From Candidatus Levyibacteriota bacterium (GTDB lineage: Bacteria > Patescibacteriota > Microgenomatia > Levybacterales > UBA12049), in NCBI GenBank assembly GCA_027459725.1, contig DAIDHK010000001.1, forward strand, positions 3,411-67,410: a stretch of 64,000 nucleotides of DNA, given 5' to 3'. Positions within the stretch are counted from its first letter, which is position 1; each line of letters opens with the position of its first letter. Shown piece by piece: positions 59,307 through 64,000 of this stretch. The notes beneath the pieces were generated by a model. It saw only the letters and a list, made by a program, of their open reading frames with translations, made no database searches and was not told where the DNA came from. Made by a program: the position numbers and the translations under genes.

Positions 59307-60757
59307 TTTATATAATATCCTAAAAAGTCTCCAAATTTTTTATCAAAATGATAATGGGACTGGATGTATTTATTAATAGCTGTTTTTTCATGTAGATTGA
59401 CTTCATTCAGAATGACCAGTTTAACCTTTTTATTCTGCAGATCCTTAATGACTTCTTTTTGATAACTAAGCGGAATATTTAAATAATCATACTTGGTAGC
59501 ATTATCCCTATCTGATAAAAAATACACCATGGGTGAGTAATAATTCAGATATATTTTATCTCCAGGATTAGTTTTTACATCTATGTAACTGGATAACGCG
59601 TTAGACAAATTTAAACTACTTGGTGTTAAAAAAACCTTTACGCGGTTATAACTATCATAAGTATTATCATATCTAATAGGCGTTTCCCATTTATAATATC
59701 CGCCAAAAACCGCAGTATAAAGTCCGGTTATAATAAATATAAAAAGAGCTATATACAAAATAATCTTATGAAAAGATTTTTTAATATATTCAATTAAGAT
59801 AATACTGTTTAAGCCAGCAAATGCCAATAAAGCAACAAAATGATCAAGATCTGTTGTCGGTCTTATTCCAATTAAATAAAACGCGATTACATATAAAGGA
59901 ATAATCAGATAGACTTTTTTAATTTTATGCACTACAAAAATTGTAATTAATGATATTAATAATGGACTTGTATAAAAGAATAACTTACCGATTTTACTAA
60001 ACAGTGTCCCCTGATACAAAAATGGAGTATCCAGTGTTTTTTCAAATATAATTTTCTGAATGGTGTTAACATTAAAACTTTGTATAAATGAGAAAAATGA
60101 ATTAGTCAGTGATAAATACAAAATAAACAACAGCAAAGCTAACAAAAAACCTATTGCATACAATTTTAAATTAATAAAACTATATTTTTTACTAAAATAA
60201 ATAATACTCACAACACTAAGCAAGGGAATAACTACTCCAAAATTCTGCTTGGCTAAAAATATTAACATAGAAAAAATACCGGCAATAAAAAAATATTTTC
60301 TATTTTTTAGCAAACCGTTTAGAATAAAGAGCAAGTCATAAAGGGTCAAACATAATGCAAACATGGTCGGCCAGGGGAAATTTATATGGACAGGCCCCCA
60401 TAAAACAAATAAAAGAGAAGCAAATACTAGAGCTGAAAAACTGGCATTAAGTAATTTTGTAATTTGAAAAATTGCAAATAAAGAGAATAGACTTATAAAC
60501 AGAGCGACAACTCTGCCTACTAAAACGCTTTGTCCAAATATTTTAAAAAACAATGCCACAGTGACAAAGGACAAAGGTGTATAAACCATATCAAAATCAC
60601 GATAAGGTACCAATCCATTGGCCGTTTGCATGGCTGCATGCAAAATATATCCTTCGTCATAATAGATAATCCCTCTTAGATGAAACCAGACTAAGATCAG
60701 TATTAAAAATAAATAAAACACAAGCAAACCCCAAACCCTTATTTTGTAAATCATCAT
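59303..60757 (-). CDS. GT-C fold glycosyltransferase (ArnT-like)
   Basis: YDEG, GLVPYRDF...YTP, KQNFG; many TMs. Confidence 0.8.
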   Translation of the reverse strand: MMIYKIRVWGLLVFYLFLILILVWFHLRGIIYYDEGYILHAAMQTANGLVPYRDFDMVYTPLSFVTVALFFKIFGQSVLVGRVVALFISLFSLFAIFQITKLLNASFSALVFASLLFVLWGPVHINFPWPTMFALCLTLYDLLFILNGLLKNRKYFFIAGIFSMLIFLAKQNFGVVIPLLSVVSIIYFSKKYSFINLKLYAIGFLLALLLFILYLSLTNSFFSFIQSFNVNTIQKIIFEKTLDTPFLYQGTLFSKIGKLFFYTSPLLISLITIFVVHKIKKVYLIIPLYVIAFYLIGIRPTTDLDHFVALLAFAGLNSIILIEYIKKSFHKIILYIALFIFIITGLYTAVFGGYYKWETPIRYDNTYDSYNRVKVFLTPSSLNLSNALSSYIDVKTNPGDKIYLNYYSPMVYFLSDRDNATKYDYLNIPLSYQKEVIKDLQNKKVKLVILNEVNLHEKTAINKYIQSHYHFDKKFGDFLGYYIN

Positions 60758-61113
60758 ATACTATTTATATACTTATTAACCAAAAATCTTCAAATGGTAA
60801 ATAAGGATTTCACTAAGTTGAAATTTTCGTCCTCCAACAATATATACTACTGCTGGAAATATAAACATAAAAAATGCAACAATAAGGGGAAAATAGAACA
60901 GGTCATTTCTGTTTTTTTCCTAATATCAACAGACTCTGATCTGCAGAAGCGACTAAAGCAACATTATCATAAAGAGGATTCTGACCACTAAGTAAGCCCA
61001 TTGTTTAAAAACAATATTTATTTTGATTAATTCACTTATATTAAACTATATAACTAAAAAATACTATGAATAGACTAAAAACATCACAATAAATCATAAG
61101 GTTTTGTAGCTTG

Positions 61114-63828
61114 TCAACCTAAATTCGGATAATGACACTTTTTCCATTTTTTCCCACTACCGCACCAGCATGGATCATTGCGGCTTAACTTTTTATGTGA
61201 TGTATCATCTTTATCCTTTTTTTTATTCTCGAGCATTTGTGCATTTGCTTGCTCTGAGGGGGGCAAAACAGTTGTCCCGGAAGCTTCCATAACAGACTGT
61301 GATTTAGCTACCTGCAGATGCTGATGTGAGTTATCCTGAGAAGGCTGAACCTGTGTCCAGTAAATTCTATGCACAATTTCATCATCAATTGAAGCGATCA
61401 GTTTTTCAAATAATCTATATCCTTCATTTTTATACTCTACCAACGGATCACGCTGTGCATAACCACGCAGCTGAATCCCCTGACGCAGATTATCCATTAC
61501 ATCCAGATGATTCATCCAGAAACTGTCAATCACACCCATCACCACAAGTTGCTCGATCTTAGTCGCCAATTCAGGACCAAAGGATTCCACTCTTTTGTTA
61601 TATACGTCTTTAGCTAAATTATTTAAAAAGGCACTTTTATCTTCAATATTCATTTGCTGCTCCAGCTGTTTTAGAATTTGTTGTCGTGAGAGTTCATCAA
61701 AATTTATGATAGTAATCAGATTACTAATAATTTTTTCATTGACTGATTGCCCCGTGGCATTTGCTTCTGCATCAGCTAAAGAGACAATAATACGCAAGGC
61801 ATTGGCTATTTTATTTAAAATATCCTCACGTAAAGCCTGGGGATTCTTAGCAGCTTCTAACACTTTTCTTCTACGTCCATAAACAATCTCACGTTGCTTG
61901 TTAAGAACATCGTCATATTCCACGACGTATTTACGATTATCAAAATAGAAACGCTCAACCTTGATTTGTGCATTCTCTATTGCTTTTGTCACCAGAGGGT
62001 GAGTCAATGGTACGTCTTCGGGCATATTAAACCTGGTCATAATCCCAGCAATTGTATCTCCGCCAAATAAGCGCATAATCTCATCATCCAAACCTACATA
62101 AAACTGAGATGTTCCCGGATCACCCTGACGTCCTGAACGTCCGCGCAGCTGATTATCAATACGACGTGACTCATGTCTTTCGGTACCAATAACAAAAAGA
62201 CCACCAAGTTTAATGACTTCATCATGTTCTTTTTTCCAGCTGGAAAAAGCTTTTTTATCTCCTGTATCAGGCATCGCCCCTCCTAGAATAATATCGACTC
62301 CACGGCCGGCCATGTTAGTAGCAACCGTAACTGCGCCTTTCTTACCTGCCTGGGAAATAATTTCTGCTTCTTTCAAATGATTTTTGGCATTCAGCATCTG
62401 ATGAGGAATTTTGCGGCGGCGCAATAGCTGGGAAATAATTTCATTTTTTTCAATCGATGTAGTACCCACCAACACAGGTTGTCCTGTTTTATAAAGTCTT
62501 TCAATCTCCGCTGCAACCGCACTAAATTTAGCCCGTCCACTTTTGTAAATCATATCTGACTTATCATTTCGCTGAATAGGATTATGGGTGGGGATTACTA
62601 CTACATCCAGTTTATATATTTTATGGAATTCCTCTGCTTCTGTTACAGCAGTACCAGTCATACCAGCAAGTGTCTCATACATGCGGAAATAATTTTGCAG
62701 AGAAACTGTTGCGAGAGTTTTTGATTCTCGTTGAATTGGCACTCTTTCTTTGGCTTCGATAGCCTGATGAATACCATCGGACAAACGACGACCAACCATC
62801 AAACGACCGGTAAATTCGTCAACCAGAATTACCTCGTTATCACGTACAATATATTCTTTCTCTTTATGAAAAAGAGTACGGGCTTTTAAAGCTGCTTCTA
62901 AGTGATAAACAGTATCAAAATCATTTTCGTAAATATTGGCAATACCAAACAGTTTCTCAATCTTTTGTAAACCATGATCAGTTAAATGCGCAGTTCGTTG
63001 TTTTTCATCTACTTTGTAATCAATCTCAGGTACCAGCTTGGCCACAAGTTGGGCATAATCATAATATTTCTGTGAGGGTACCTCATCAGGCTGAGAAATA
63101 ATATGCGGAGTCCTCGCTTCATCAATTAAAACAGAGTCAACCTCATCCACTATCGCAAAATAATGATTACGTTGTGTAAGCTGTGAAATATCCTGGGCCA
63201 TATTATCACGCAGATAGTCAAAACCAAATTCTGAGTTAATACCATAAACGACATCGGTTTTATAAGCTTCCTGCCTGGTAATCGGTCGCAGATGGACTAA
63301 ACGGGCATCCTGTACATTTTGAGCCTCAAACTCGGGATCATAAATGAATGACTGTTCGCTGATTATAGAAGCGACAGAAATACCAAGTAAATTAAACACG
63401 GGTCCCATCCATCCGGCATCACGGCGGGCTAAGTAATCATTGACGGTGACTAAATGGACACCCTTACCCGTCAGTGCATGTAAATACAAAGCCGGAATAG
63501 CCGACAAGGTTTTTCCTTCTCCTGTCTTCTGTTCGGCAATTTTACCGTGAGCCAGCACATAACCTGCCATCAACTGTACATCATAGGGAGACAACCCTAT
63601 TGTCTTTTGCGCCGCTTCCCGTACTAGTGCAAATGCTTCAGGTAATATTGCATCCAGACTTTCGCCTTTGTTTAAACGCTCTTTAAATTCCACAGTCTTT
63701 TTGACAAAATCCTTGTCTTTAAGCTTCTTAAATTTCTCACCAAAAGCATTAACTTCCAGTAAAACCGGCTGCATGCGGTTGATCTCCCGTTCATTTGAAT
63801 CAAAAAATTTGTTCAAAATTGATAACAT
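61114..63828 (-). CDS. secA: Preprotein translocase ATPase SecA
   Basis: KTGEGKT, VTVNDYLARRD, VDEVDSVLIDEARTP, ATNMAGRG, RGRSGRQGDPG, C-terminal CWCGSGKKWKKCH. Confidence 0.98.
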   Translation of the reverse strand: MLSILNKFFDSNEREINRMQPVLLEVNAFGEKFKKLKDKDFVKKTVEFKERLNKGESLDAILPEAFALVREAAQKTIGLSPYDVQLMAGYVLAHGKIAEQKTGEGKTLSAIPALYLHALTGKGVHLVTVNDYLARRDAGWMGPVFNLLGISVASIISEQSFIYDPEFEAQNVQDARLVHLRPITRQEAYKTDVVYGINSEFGFDYLRDNMAQDISQLTQRNHYFAIVDEVDSVLIDEARTPHIISQPDEVPSQKYYDYAQLVAKLVPEIDYKVDEKQRTAHLTDHGLQKIEKLFGIANIYENDFDTVYHLEAALKARTLFHKEKEYIVRDNEVILVDEFTGRLMVGRRLSDGIHQAIEAKERVPIQRESKTLATVSLQNYFRMYETLAGMTGTAVTEAEEFHKIYKLDVVVIPTHNPIQRNDKSDMIYKSGRAKFSAVAAEIERLYKTGQPVLVGTTSIEKNEIISQLLRRRKIPHQMLNAKNHLKEAEIISQAGKKGAVTVATNMAGRGVDIILGGAMPDTGDKKAFSSWKKEHDEVIKLGGLFVIGTERHESRRIDNQLRGRSGRQGDPGTSQFYVGLDDEIMRLFGGDTIAGIMTRFNMPEDVPLTHPLVTKAIENAQIKVERFYFDNRKYVVEYDDVLNKQREIVYGRRRKVLEAAKNPQALREDILNKIANALRIIVSLADAEANATGQSVNEKIISNLITIINFDELSRQQILKQLEQQMNIEDKSAFLNNLAKDVYNKRVESFGPELATKIEQLVVMGVIDSFWMNHLDVMDNLRQGIQLRGYAQRDPLVEYKNEGYRLFEKLIASIDDEIVHRIYWTQVQPSQDNSHQHLQVAKSQSVMEASGTTVLPPSEQANAQMLENKKKDKDDTSHKKLSRNDPCWCGSGKKWKKCHYPNLG

Positions 63829-63900
63829 AAAGTATTAAAAGAGGATAATTATTGCCCTTATTTTACCATAATAAGCCACGTAATCCAACCTGCGTCATCT

Positions 63901-64000
63901 TTATTTTTGTGATTTTAAAATGGGCTTTTTTACATATTTCTGTAACGCCTGCGGTACTACTACACTACCATCTGACTGCTGATAATTATCTAAAATTGCA
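63901..64000 (-). CDS. serS: Seryl-tRNA synthetase, C-terminal end (partial)
   Basis: Reads AILDNYQQSDGSVVVPQALQKYV...*, the typical SerRS C-terminus. Confidence 0.8.
   Translation of the reverse strand, partial: AILDNYQQSDGSVVVPQALQKYVKKPILKSQK

Noticed and set aside
2694-61882. Antisense or shadow ORFs in the track (e.g. 2694-3359, 4846-5346, 44558-45064, 61595-61882)
   Set aside because: They overlap well-supported genes on the opposite strand or frame and show no motifs.
1-64000. Alternative genetic code (UGA=Gly)
   Set aside because: RF2 is present, genes end at TGA, and long ORFs are intact under the standard code.

Overview
AT-rich bacterial chromosome segment using the standard genetic code (RF2 present, TGA used as stop). 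Gene content and style (short TsaB, CAP proteins, GT-C glycosyltransferases, D-lactate dehydrogenase, many -10 boxes directly before ATG) suggest a Patescibacteria/CPR, Microgenomates-like organism; this is inference. Left to right: Zur 3' end with a znuA-znuC-znuB-znuB operon; a decayed IS481-like element; a MacAB-type ABC exporter; and a 10-18.6 kb accessory stretch. That stretch holds a complete T-box riboswitch (probable Tyr specifier) in front of an orphan PRTase-fold gene and a LOG/TIGR00725 gene, a MarR/MFS pair, an AblB-like acetyltransferase plus HDAC-family deacetylase divergent from an ACT-domain regulator, and a dCTP-deaminase/dUTPase-like orphan. Next is a nucleotide-sugar/glycosylation cluster (GT-C, GT2-GtrA, uxs, gmd, rmd, ugd, three tandem Nudix, rmlDBCA, GT2), followed by topoisomerase IB, tsaBCE, ftsEX with a C39-type hydrolase, prfB, ldhA, a deoxyribosyltransferase pseudogene, an Nramp-related/MgtE-CBS pair behind a structured leader, pyrFEDC, LCP, secA and the serS 3' end. 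No rRNA, tRNA or CRISPR array was seen. The best candidates for undescribed systems are the T-box-controlled PRTase+LOG operon and the ACT-regulated acetylase/deacetylase module. All family calls are from motif recognition by eye; no searches were run.
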